Part shown: positions 19,154 to 28,431 of the stretch, piece by piece
Position numbering within the stretch: the first letter of the stretch is position 1
Layout: each line of letters starts with the position of its first letter
Source: a virus
Taxonomy: Duplodnaviria > Caudoviricetes
DNA: 56,343 nt
Strand: one strand, 5' to 3'
IMG/VR virus record: IMGVR_UViG_3300025396_000018
Location: 1 to 56,343 of that record
Made by a program: the position numbers and the translations under genes
Notes under the pieces: model-generated
Told to the model about the DNA's origin: nothing
What the model saw: only the letters and a program-made list of their open reading frames with translations
Databases searched by the model: none

Positions 19154-21201
19154 TTCTTATCCTTAATCCATTTATCTGGAATCTTATCATGTTTCTTTTT
19201 AAAATCATCATGCAAATTTTTACCGGTAATACCGTGTTTACTTGCAATATTCTGCATCAATCTATCAATAGAATCATAACTATGACTATCTAATTTTTTC
19301 AAACCAGTTTCTAATTCTGAAACATGGTTTTCATTGAACTTCTTTTTCTTCTTCTTAACAATTTGTATACCAATATTACGGTTTGGGTCTTTGTAGGTAT
19401 CCATGCCTTCTTTGTTGCTGGCACCACCTAAAACACCGCCAAGTCCAGATTCGCCATCATTTTGAAAACCATTAAACTCTTTAAAAGTTAATTTTTTCTT
19501 CTTCTTCTCGGATAAAGGATTTGGTTCTACCTTAGCTCCAAGCATTGCTGTACCGTTCTGACTGGCATTACTATATTCTTGTGTTTCACCGTAAAGGTTC
19601 TGGCCAAGTCCGGCACCTGCTGCGGCACCTTGACCACCTGCTCTTGTATCGTATTCTCCGCTTACACCATCAGGTCTACCGACCCTTCCTGCACTTAACG
19701 ACTTATCGCCACGTTTTATTTTTTTGTTTTTGTCGTTGTCTTTTTGGAAGTTAGGTTCTTTGGGCGGGCCGCTGATTTTGAGCGTGGGCGCTGCTTCGTT
19801 GTAGGCGCCGTGCCATGCTCCGCCGGAGTGGCCTTGACCGTTCGGGTCTTTGCGTGGGCCTGTACCGCCTTTGATTTGGTCTCTGGAACCGACAAGACTT
19901 CCGGAGTTGTCTGGCTTGATGTCTGCTGGACCTTTGGCTCGGAAGAAGTTGTTGTATCTTCCGATGGTTTTTTGCTGAATAGATTTAGAATTTTTCTTAA
20001 CATTATCTTCTCCAAATAAACTTACATTTCTATTTAACCAATCGGTGGCGGACTCATTTGTTGCTCTGGAGTCCAAAAACTCTTTGGTGGACTGGTATAT
20101 ATTAGTTATATCCTCTTCCTTGGTATCTAGGTTTCCTGTGTTGTCAAAGGTTACTAAATTGCCATACATTTCACTAAATTGTGTAATGTTTTGTTGAGAT
20201 TTAACCCACTTATCATATCGTACAGATTCAGCCATCATTCTGGACAATAATGAATTTCTTTCCTGACTAGTTTCATTAGTAGTATGAACAAAAATCATCA
20301 TGGTATCGTAACCAAGTTCTTCTAATTCTTCTTTAATGTAGGATATCTTTTCATTGTCATCGGCGGGACCATTAATAATCAATGGACCACGAGCACGAAT
20401 TGCTTCTCTGCGGAAATCATTAGTTTTCTCAGATAATTTTTGTTTATCGGCCAAATAATCTCTAGCTTGAATAAAATTCAATTCTACAATCCTAGATTCA
20501 GCAATTGCTTCACGGATAACAACATCTTTACCAGAACCTGGACCACCAGTAACAAAAATTGCTTTAAATTGGCCATGGTTTACGGCTTCGTGTAATCCCA
20601 TGCCTTTACGAACATCGTGCATGAGTTCTTTTGCATGAGCATCAGATACATGATGTGGAACGCCTTGACGGAAAGAATGGAAGTCTTTATTCTTTGCGTG
20701 TTCTCTCATCTTAGTGCCAGACATACCTTCAGAACCTTCGGCATCAGGATCACGATGGCCAGCAGACTTAACTTCAATCTTTTTAAAGTTGTAATGACCA
20801 TGACGGCCTTTTACACCATTATACTTGTGTAACAAATCGTGCATTTCTTTAACACGGTCTGAACCAGCAATAACAGTTAATTTATCATGGCCTTTTGCGT
20901 GTAACTTGGCGGCATGATGTAGGATAGTTGGGTGTTCTTTATCGGAAGCCTCAAAATGTGTACCAGGAGAATAACGCTTAAGGTGTTTAAGTTTTTGTTC
21001 GCCTGATAGAGGGTTCTTTTTAGAATCCTGTGAGTGTGAAACGACAACAACGTGCTTAGCCTTCTGCTTCTCAGCTTCGTGCTTAACTTTATCGATGAGT
21101 TTAAGGTGACCAGTAGTAGGAGGATTCATGCGGCCAAAAGCCATTACTACGGGCTTATGTTCCGATTCTTTTTCTTCTACTAGTTCTAAAAATGACTTCA
21201 T
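19150..21201 (-). CDS. HIGH-family nucleotidyltransferase fused to a P-loop kinase-like domain and a low-complexity tail
   Basis: FGRMNPPTTGH, AGSDR, MSGTKMR; then FKAIFVTGGPGSGKD. Confidence 0.85.
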   Translation of the reverse strand: MKSFLELVEEKESEHKPVVMAFGRMNPPTTGHLKLIDKVKHEAEKQKAKHVVVVSHSQDSKKNPLSGEQKLKHLKRYSPGTHFEASDKEHPTILHHAAKLHAKGHDKLTVIAGSDRVKEMHDLLHKYNGVKGRHGHYNFKKIEVKSAGHRDPDAEGSEGMSGTKMREHAKNKDFHSFRQGVPHHVSDAHAKELMHDVRKGMGLHEAVNHGQFKAIFVTGGPGSGKDVVIREAIAESRIVELNFIQARDYLADKQKLSEKTNDFRREAIRARGPLIINGPADDNEKISYIKEELEELGYDTMMIFVHTTNETSQERNSLLSRMMAESVRYDKWVKSQQNITQFSEMYGNLVTFDNTGNLDTKEEDITNIYQSTKEFLDSRATNESATDWLNRNVSLFGEDNVKKNSKSIQQKTIGRYNNFFRAKGPADIKPDNSGSLVGSRDQIKGGTGPRKDPNGQGHSGGAWHGAYNEAAPTLKISGPPKEPNFQKDNDKNKKIKRGDKSLSAGRVGRPDGVSGEYDTRAGGQGAAAGAGLGQNLYGETQEYSNASQNGTAMLGAKVEPNPLSEKKKKKLTFKEFNGFQNDGESGLGGVLGGASNKEGMDTYKDPNRNIGIQIVKKKKKKFNENHVSELETGLKKLDSHSYDSIDRLMQNIASKHGITGKNLHDDFKKKHDKIPDKWIKDKK
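19716..20003 (-). CDS. Overprinted gene (+1 frame) encoding a 95-aa Thr/Pro/Lys-rich protein
   Basis: GGAGA SD 5 nt before ATG; local GC rise; host-frame wobble positions shift to C. Confidence 0.6.
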   Translation of the reverse strand: MLRKILNLFSKKPSEDTTTSSEPKVQQTSSQTTPEVLSVPETKSKAVQAHAKTRTVKATPAEHGTAPTTKQRPRSKSAARPKNLTSKKTTTKTKK

Positions 21202-22379
21202 TTTCTTACTTTCAATAAATTGGCTTTAGCAAACTCTTTACGGTTCACTAATTTGGTTGGTTCGCCTGCATGATGAACGACATATCCTTCTGGATCAGTT
21301 GCTTTACTATCTATGTGATGTTCCAAATCGCCTGTGTGTTGGTTTAGTGTATGAACCAATACATCTTTTGCTTTTTGTAGATGCTGATGCATCTTTAGTA
21401 AACTTTCATAGTCTTTCTTATGAGCATCAACGTGCTTCACATGAGTATTTAACTCAGCTTGTTTACGACCTTGTGATGCTGGAGTTTTTAACTTCTCAAT
21501 TGCTTTATTGTATTTGTCGGTAATATGTTTCTTCAAACCTTCAGCCGATGGTTTCTCATCGGTGCGAACTGTATGGTTGATGTATGTTGATAAGTGACCT
21601 GTTTCACCACCATGTGGTTCTGTGGTCTTATACATGGTCTTTTTATGTTCATTATGAATTTTCTGTGCGGCAGCGATATGTTTGTGAAACTCATCTTGGT
21701 CTGCTTCAGAATAATGTACATGACTTGTATCATGTTCAGGATGTTTTGTCCAAACATCTTTATGTGGATGGAAATTGTGTAAATCTGGATGTGGGTCTGC
21801 TTTTAATGAAGCAGCAGTTTTACCATGGTATTGCGTATGAACTACAACACCAATTTTAGAATCTTTAATTTTTTGTGCTTCTTCACCATGACCAGTATAG
21901 GTAATGGTATTTGGGGTAAACGATACCTTACCATTCTTATGGTGTTTTAAGTCATCGTGGGTATACATCAAATCCCCTTGATATACGCCTGTTTTAGGTG
22001 CAATCTTCTTGAGGTGATTCAAAGACGCATGGAGTTTATCCATGAGACCTGGTGCGTGTCCATGGTTCTTCTTGATATCTTCGTGAGTGTAATTAATCTT
22101 TGGATTCTTATTGAAGGCAGACTTAGATGCCACAAAGAACTTACCAGTTTCAGGATGATGTCCAAAAACGATAGCAGGACTACCATCATACTTCATTGTA
22201 AGATGAGTAGATTTACTACCAGACTTAATATGTTCGTGAGCTTGAGTTAATGCACCTTTTGCGTGTTCAAAACCTTTGGCGCCATGAAATAGTGGTCTGT
22301 CCTCAGCATGATGAATATGCTTGAGTTTGCCTTCATCGGCACCGGCTTCTTCTTTAAGAAAAGTTTTAAACGACTGCAT
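21198..22379 (-). CDS. DUF6267-like protein with ATP-dependent ligase (covalent nucleotidyltransferase) motifs, His-rich
   Basis: KYDG (motif I), QGDLM, EGYVV, KLVNR; start at MQSFKTFLKEE. Confidence 0.75.
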   Translation of the reverse strand: MQSFKTFLKEEAGADEGKLKHIHHAEDRPLFHGAKGFEHAKGALTQAHEHIKSGSKSTHLTMKYDGSPAIVFGHHPETGKFFVASKSAFNKNPKINYTHEDIKKNHGHAPGLMDKLHASLNHLKKIAPKTGVYQGDLMYTHDDLKHHKNGKVSFTPNTITYTGHGEEAQKIKDSKIGVVVHTQYHGKTAASLKADPHPDLHNFHPHKDVWTKHPEHDTSHVHYSEADQDEFHKHIAAAQKIHNEHKKTMYKTTEPHGGETGHLSTYINHTVRTDEKPSAEGLKKHITDKYNKAIEKLKTPASQGRKQAELNTHVKHVDAHKKDYESLLKMHQHLQKAKDVLVHTLNQHTGDLEHHIDSKATDPEGYVVHHAGEPTKLVNRKEFAKANLLKVRK

Positions 22380-22435
22380 TAAGATCCTTTTAAGATGTAG
22401 CACACTATGGCTACTAAAAAGAGTGAATTTGGTTG

Positions 22436-22443
22436 TATTTATC
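22436..22443 (-). promoter_or_regulatory. T4 late-like promoter (GATAAATA)
   Basis: 7/8 match to TATAAATA in the intergenic gap heading the putative head-protein operon. Confidence 0.5.
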
Positions 22444-22513
22444 CAACTTTTGAAATTCTACCTCCAAACACTAAAAACATTGGCTTAGATACATAGTGCC
22501 AAAATTGTTGGAT

Positions 22514-23233
22514 TTAGAATTGAGTTCTTTCAAAATCTAACCAATAAGTTGCCATTCTGCCTTTACCTTCTAACAAATAGAATGGTAAAGTATGTACCAA
22601 AGCCCTACTAGAGTTATAGTATAACATATCCTTAGGTCCCCTGTCAAGAGAAAAGGCAAAATGTGTTGTTCCTGTGTCACCACCGACAAAGATTTCCGCA
22701 GTCTGTATATGGTTGATATTTTCCATAAAATCGAAGCTATATTTGAACTGTACCGAAATCAATTCTTCATGTCCAAATGGATATTTACCGACACAGATAA
22801 GTTTTTCGTAATCATCATATTCCGGCGCACTGTATTTTTTACAGATAGTTTCAAGTAACTTTTGTGGCCAATTTCTGTAAGTATTGTATGGTGCATCAAA
22901 CAAAGGGAAAATAACAATCTTCTTTTCTATTTCTTTTTTGTTTGGTACTTTAACCATGTCACCACAAATATCACGGAAATCCCAAACATTAACATTACGC
23001 CATGGTAAAGTTTCTTGTCCTGGATGTGAAGAAAAATAATTTGTTTCAGTTAAAAGAAATATATGAAAATCTTGTACATATTTTTCTGTGCTGACGGCTT
23101 CTGTTTTCAAATAGAATCTGATGTATGGATTACTATTAATTTTTCTGATGTGTTCTATTACATTACAAACACCGAGTAAATCGCCATTGCGTAATGGTCC
23201 GCCAAATGTACCGGGTTCAATATTAATAATCAT
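22514..23233 (-). CDS. GT9 (heptosyltransferase)-like glycosyltransferase
   Basis: N-terminal GD motif; FVGGDTGTTHFA resembles GT9 GNDSGPMH. Confidence 0.6.
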   Translation of the reverse strand: MIINIEPGTFGGPLRNGDLLGVCNVIEHIRKINSNPYIRFYLKTEAVSTEKYVQDFHIFLLTETNYFSSHPGQETLPWRNVNVWDFRDICGDMVKVPNKKEIEKKIVIFPLFDAPYNTYRNWPQKLLETICKKYSAPEYDDYEKLICVGKYPFGHEELISVQFKYSFDFMENINHIQTAEIFVGGDTGTTHFAFSLDRGPKDMLYYNSSRALVHTLPFYLLEGKGRMATYWLDFERTQF

Positions 23234-23973
23234 AGTAATGTTTCTAAATCTTTCGCATGAACTAGTTTTGCTTGACGGTCAAGATAAAAATGTTTTTCAA
23301 ATACTTGTTGAATATCACGACCACCATCCCAACTAACATTATCACCAACACGGAACTCTGGCTTCCAATCTTCTGCTTTCCATACACAATATAATGGAAC
23401 ATTACACAAGTCAGCAAGCATACCAATACCAGTAAAGTTTGTAATAAATGGTTTCTTTAGATTGATTAGAATATAAGCATTCTCTAACATTGGTCGGTTA
23501 TAATCAATGAAGTTATATTTGTCCAAGTGTGATAGAATATGTGTCTCTCTGCGGTCATCAATGTTACCTACTGCCCATCGGTCACCAACATAATACTCAT
23601 CTTTAACTTCAATATCAAAATCTGGTGTTTCAACCACAAAGTTATCATCAACTTCAAATTGCAGTCCGTATTTGTCTTTTAACCAATTCTCATAACGACA
23701 AGTCTCAATTGGTCGGTTCGGATTCAATCTATCTTCACGACTTGGCCAAGAACTTAATTGTATAATCTCACCATAGACAAAAATATCAGAATCAAATTCA
23801 ACTGAACTAAACAATTCTTGATACATGAGAAATTCTTTTAGACCATTGAACTTCTTCATCTCTGTTCTAATGATTAAATCATACTTACCATAAGACTTAT
23901 TAAGACCTGACAATACAGGCATTGCATTTAGAAAATCGCCAAGGTTGGCAGTTCCATTAAGATACAGTTTCAT
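23230..23973 (-). CDS. Divergent GT9-like glycosyltransferase
   Basis: NLGDFLNAMPVLSGL; ITNFTGIGMLA; start at MKLYLNG. Confidence 0.55.
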   Translation of the reverse strand: MKLYLNGTANLGDFLNAMPVLSGLNKSYGKYDLIIRTEMKKFNGLKEFLMYQELFSSVEFDSDIFVYGEIIQLSSWPSREDRLNPNRPIETCRYENWLKDKYGLQFEVDDNFVVETPDFDIEVKDEYYVGDRWAVGNIDDRRETHILSHLDKYNFIDYNRPMLENAYILINLKKPFITNFTGIGMLADLCNVPLYCVWKAEDWKPEFRVGDNVSWDGGRDIQQVFEKHFYLDRQAKLVHAKDLETLL

Positions 23974-24766
23974 TATATTCCTTAAAAGCAATAAACCAAT
24001 CTTCTGCTGATACTTTATGTAACTCAAAAGCCTCACGAGCAAACAAATAAGACATCAATAACATAGTCTGGTCATCATCAATTAAATTGTTCTTCAATAA
24101 TTCTTGGATACTGTGATGTACCAATGCTTGTAATGTTGGCCATTTATTCTTATGAGCAACAATCATAGGTCCAGTAATATGTACATCATTGTTAGCAATA
24201 ACATCTTCAATGATTGTGCCTTCTTGCCAATCTTTGACATTAAAGAAATGAATCTTCTCTTTATCAAAAGGATAACTCCATGTCTCTACACCATTCAATG
24301 TAGATTCATCACGGCAATAACCAAAATCAAGCCAAGCGACTAATTCATTGTTGATGTAACCAGCTTTAATGGCTTCAACAACAAAACTAGACTTCATGGC
24401 ATTTACTACAACGTAGTCAGCGTTCCAATATTCTGGATTGCGTACTTGCATGGGATTTATTTTTGCTTGATAAGCAGGATCTTTTTGTACTGCGGTAACT
24501 TTCTCACGCAGTTCTACAAATGATGTTGGGAAGTCAATAGTCAGAATATGAGTTTGTTTACCTTCTCTTAACTCTTTAACTTTATCAACTAAATCGGCTG
24601 AAGTGTAAACAACCATTTCATTATTGAGTTTAGCCATGTTGGCAAATCGGTCAATATATGTTTGTGTTGTTCTTTGTAAATAATGTGGCAGACCTTTATC
24701 TGGTGTCCACTCACCACGGCCAATATCAAAGAAGGCTGTTACAATACTAATTTCATTCATACCCAA
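23957..24766 (-). CDS. HtrL/YibB (WlaTC) family protein
   Basis: SIVTAFFDIGRG.W, AWLDFGY, DDDQ. Confidence 0.8.
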   Translation of the reverse strand: MGMNEISIVTAFFDIGRGEWTPDKGLPHYLQRTTQTYIDRFANMAKLNNEMVVYTSADLVDKVKELREGKQTHILTIDFPTSFVELREKVTAVQKDPAYQAKINPMQVRNPEYWNADYVVVNAMKSSFVVEAIKAGYINNELVAWLDFGYCRDESTLNGVETWSYPFDKEKIHFFNVKDWQEGTIIEDVIANNDVHITGPMIVAHKNKWPTLQALVHHSIQELLKNNLIDDDQTMLLMSYLFAREAFELHKVSAEDWFIAFKEYNETVS

Positions 24767-25485
24767 TAATACCTTTTATAGTTATTAACAATTTCAATGT
24801 GTGCTGGAGTAGTTTCAACAAATTTATCATAATCATAACCATCATTTTTATGGTGATGTGTGTCTGTCAAATAAGGATTAACTGAATAATCTTTTCCACA
24901 TAACATATAAAACACCACCATATAACAATCCATAAAACCTAATGGTTCGTATTGCTTTTGAAAGTTATCATGATTTTGTTTGAACCATTCAATCACTTTA
25001 TCATAGTTATTCAGAAAGGTCGACACTCTAAAGATTGAACCGCCACCACAACCATATTGATTAGTGATTGGTCGTCTACCTGAAAACTCTGTAATACTAT
25101 CTATAATGTTTTCGGGAATGATATTGCCAACAGTAATGTTGTGGCCTGCCATTTCCCAAGAATCATTTATTGTAATTTCCTTTTTAATCCAAACATCGTC
25201 TTCCATCATCATTATATGTGAAGTCTCACATTTCTGGCAAGCGAGTTTAAATCGTTCAAACCATACTAACAGTTTTTCTAAATTGTAACTAGGATATCCA
25301 ACTTTAACCGAAAATGGAAAATAATCACAATTATTGGCAACACCAATATCTGATAAATCATCTGCGGCATCCGAACCTAGGAAATAATAAGCATCAGGAT
25401 AATACTTACGAATATTCTCTACCATCTTTTCAGTAGATACTTTTTTGCCTGCTGAGGCAAGATGACAAAAAGAAATATCAACCAT
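24757..25485 (-). CDS. Putative GT-A fold glycosyltransferase
   Basis: MMEDDVW metal-binding motif; YGCGGGSIF. Confidence 0.55.
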   Translation of the reverse strand: MVDISFCHLASAGKKVSTEKMVENIRKYYPDAYYFLGSDAADDLSDIGVANNCDYFPFSVKVGYPSYNLEKLLVWFERFKLACQKCETSHIMMMEDDVWIKKEITINDSWEMAGHNITVGNIIPENIIDSITEFSGRRPITNQYGCGGGSIFRVSTFLNNYDKVIEWFKQNHDNFQKQYEPLGFMDCYMVVFYMLCGKDYSVNPYLTDTHHHKNDGYDYDKFVETTPAHIEIVNNYKRYYWV

Positions 25486-26053
25486 TATTAGTCACACAAA
25501 AAATAATACTATCAGACATACCAGAAGGTTCTCTTAAATCAACCGTTCTGTAACTCATATCATTAGGTACCAACATCATATATTCAGATACCCATTCCAT
25601 GCTTGCAATATCTTCAATTACAAACATACCACCAGGTTTTAATTTTGGCAAATACAAATCTAATGATTGTAGGTGACTTTCTTTGGTGTGTGGACCATCA
25701 TCAATGATAATATCAAATGATGGAAGTGTATCAGCAAAGTCTTTACGATAACCATCCGCATAAGTGACTTTAACTCTTGGGTAAGGTTCACAGTTTTGTT
25801 TAGCACCAAAATCAAAAGCATCAAGACCATAGATATCAGCTTCAGGGAAATAATGATGCCATAAGGCCAAACTGCCGCCACGGTGAATACCAATTTCTAA
25901 CAAGCGAATAGGTTTATCTTTGTATGGTGCAAAGGCTTCATCATAAAAGCCACTACAATATTTGTGATTGAATTCTTTATCTGTACCAAATTCATAATGT
26001 GTATCATTACGCAAATTCTTCTCAATAATAATATCAACTAAAGTATTCATCAC
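25478..26053 (-). CDS. Class I SAM-dependent (sugar O-) methyltransferase
   Basis: TDK...H.Y, LLEIGI..GGSL, FDIIIDDGPH, LKPGGMFVIED. Confidence 0.85.
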   Translation of the reverse strand: MMNTLVDIIIEKNLRNDTHYEFGTDKEFNHKYCSGFYDEAFAPYKDKPIRLLEIGIHRGGSLALWHHYFPEADIYGLDAFDFGAKQNCEPYPRVKVTYADGYRKDFADTLPSFDIIIDDGPHTKESHLQSLDLYLPKLKPGGMFVIEDIASMEWVSEYMMLVPNDMSYRTVDLREPSGMSDSIIFCVTNNG

Positions 26054-27063
26054 ATCAACCTATCTTTCCATGTACGAGGTGTTTTATCAGAAATGATTTC
26101 AAGTGGATAAGTGTAATCAAAAGGTTTAGGTCCTTTTCGTTTAACATATGCCACAGTTTCTTGAATTGCTTTTCTTAAATCCGTTTTGGTTTCATAATCT
26201 AACAATTTACGAGCTTTGTCTGCGGTACAAGAAGCGTGTTTAACTTCTCTTGGTCGGTCAGGCATATGAATTGGTGGCCAAATAGTATCTTTTCTCATGT
26301 CACATTCGTCAGCAACTAATTCGGCTAACTTTGCAACAGTAATGGTACCCTCATCAGGACCAATGTTGATAATTTCACTCACAATATTTGGATCCAATGC
26401 CATCTTCTCTAAACAGTTGATACAGTCACCAACATATGAGAAGCAACGAGTTTGTAAACCATCACCATAGATAATTGCTGGCTTATTTTGTAGATTACGA
26501 TTAATCATAATACTCATTACATTACGGAACGGATCGTCATATCGTTGGCGTGGACCGACAATATTATGTGGCACAGCAATATTCCATTCCATGCCATGAG
26601 TTTCACACAATGCTTTTAATACATCTTCACCGGCAACTTTTGCAATACCGTATGGGTCTACTGGTTTAGGATCCATGCCTTCATGAAATGGTGCTTCTTG
26701 GTCACCATATCGTGCCATTGATGTGCAATAGACAAATCGTTTTACTTTATTTTGAATGGCAGCAGAGATTGTAGATACACTTGCCTCAAAGATGTTTTTT
26801 GTAATAAAACTAGGAGAGAATACAGATAGTCCTTCATGTGCTGTTGCAGCAGTATGAACAACGATATCACAACCTTGCATGATATACGCCATCTTATCGT
26901 TATCGCAACAATCAACAACATAGAGTTTGGCTTTCTTTGGAACATTATCACGATAACCACCAATCAAGGTATCATTACCAATTACTTCATGTCCTAATTC
27001 AATAAATCTATCAGCAAGGTGACTACCTAGAAATCCTGCTAATCCTGTAATAAAGATTTTCAT
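26050..27063 (-). CDS. NAD-dependent nucleotide-sugar epimerase/dehydratase
   Basis: ITGLAGFLGS Rossmann motif; YGIAK catalytic motif. Confidence 0.92.
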   Translation of the reverse strand: MKIFITGLAGFLGSHLADRFIELGHEVIGNDTLIGGYRDNVPKKAKLYVVDCCDNDKMAYIMQGCDIVVHTAATAHEGLSVFSPSFITKNIFEASVSTISAAIQNKVKRFVYCTSMARYGDQEAPFHEGMDPKPVDPYGIAKVAGEDVLKALCETHGMEWNIAVPHNIVGPRQRYDDPFRNVMSIMINRNLQNKPAIIYGDGLQTRCFSYVGDCINCLEKMALDPNIVSEIINIGPDEGTITVAKLAELVADECDMRKDTIWPPIHMPDRPREVKHASCTADKARKLLDYETKTDLRKAIQETVAYVKRKGPKPFDYTYPLEIISDKTPRTWKDRLM

Positions 27064-27590
27064 TATACTCTCTTAATCAAAGTCATACCATTGTTATTAG
27101 TTCTTCGTTCAACTAACTGCCATTGTGGATTAGCATCTAAGAATTCTTGAATTGCTTTCCAAACACCTTCTTCACCACCTTGACCACGTTCACCAAATAA
27201 TTCTGTATCATGGAATAATATATATTTGCTCACTTTATCAGCATGAAGTGCCAATTCACCTTTGACTTGTTCATATGAATGATAACTATCAACGAGCATA
27301 ATTTCTGTTGGTGCAATTTCAGTTTCTAATGTAGAACATACATGGAGTGTTGCATTACGACCGGATGCTTGTGCGTCAGCAAAGTATTGACGAGTTACAT
27401 CATACGGAGAAATTTCATAACTGTGCATTTCAATGTCGTGTCTCAGAAAACCTCTGGTACTCTGTGCATAGCCAACACCTAATTCAGTTGCGTGTTTACA
27501 CTCAGATGTTAATTCTGAAATCCATGGTAAATGTTCGTGCATATCTGTGTTTCTAACACAAGCGTCTTGATATTCTTGTTCAAAGTCCAT
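27063..27590 (-). CDS. Methyltransferase (Methyltransf_24-like)
   Basis: ELGV; VDSYHSY...ILFHDT...GVWKAI. Confidence 0.75.
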   Translation of the reverse strand: MDFEQEYQDACVRNTDMHEHLPWISELTSECKHATELGVGYAQSTRGFLRHDIEMHSYEISPYDVTRQYFADAQASGRNATLHVCSTLETEIAPTEIMLVDSYHSYEQVKGELALHADKVSKYILFHDTELFGERGQGGEEGVWKAIQEFLDANPQWQLVERRTNNNGMTLIKRV

Positions 27591-27591
27591 A

Positions 27592-28431
27592 TTAAGTCCT
27601 GTAAATAAATAATTCTGATTCATCTTCTTGTCCATACTTCTCTTGGACAAATTTCTTTAATTCTGGCACTCGGTCATACTGGTGTACAATAGGGTAAACA
27701 TGGCCAGTCCAGTCTTTCACTAAACCATCTTCAAATACAGGCTCAGGGAAAAGTAAATTGGGTCTGAATTGTTCAATCTTAGAAGGATCCATGATTGTAC
27801 CTAATTCAGCCGCCCATTGTGTACTTGTTTGTATCACATCTTTAAATGGTTGTGTGTTGATTAGTACATTGAATACAGCTTGGTCAACAATAGGAATAGG
27901 CCTGTTTGTTGCATTAGTGAAGATATTGAACACCATATCTTTTACATATTCAGATGTGCCTCCGAATGTTCCAACATTAAAGATTTCATTATCTTTGAAT
28001 TTTTCGTAAACATAAGGCCCATAAGTCTGATATAAATTTTCATTACCCCAAGGTTCATTTTTATACCTTAGACCTTCTGAAGCAACAACTAATTTACGGT
28101 CAACTAGAAATTTAAATGGGTCTACTTGAAAATAAACATCTTTGACATCTGTGGTAACCACATAATCATATTCTTGCCAATGTTTTTGTAAATAATCGTA
28201 GATTGATAAGAATCGTAATACATGAATAGGTACACCTTGAACATTAATCATAGGAACAACTTTTACATATTGTCCTTCTAACCATTCAATTGTTTCTTGT
28301 GTGGCATTACCTACAACTAAGACAACATCATTATCAATACCAGCAACTTCTTTTGCTGATAGAACCCAAGGTTTTAATTGATTGATGCCGTAATTTGTTG
28401 CACCACCAATGATTAAGTTTTTGTTCGCCAT
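27592..28431 (-). CDS. Putative GT-A fold glycosyltransferase
   Basis: TTDVKDVYFQ.DPF, DQAVFN, VHQYDR. Confidence 0.65.
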   Translation of the reverse strand: MANKNLIIGGATNYGINQLKPWVLSAKEVAGIDNDVVLVVGNATQETIEWLEGQYVKVVPMINVQGVPIHVLRFLSIYDYLQKHWQEYDYVVTTDVKDVYFQVDPFKFLVDRKLVVASEGLRYKNEPWGNENLYQTYGPYVYEKFKDNEIFNVGTFGGTSEYVKDMVFNIFTNATNRPIPIVDQAVFNVLINTQPFKDVIQTSTQWAAELGTIMDPSKIEQFRPNLLFPEPVFEDGLVKDWTGHVYPIVHQYDRVPELKKFVQEKYGQEDESELFIYRT

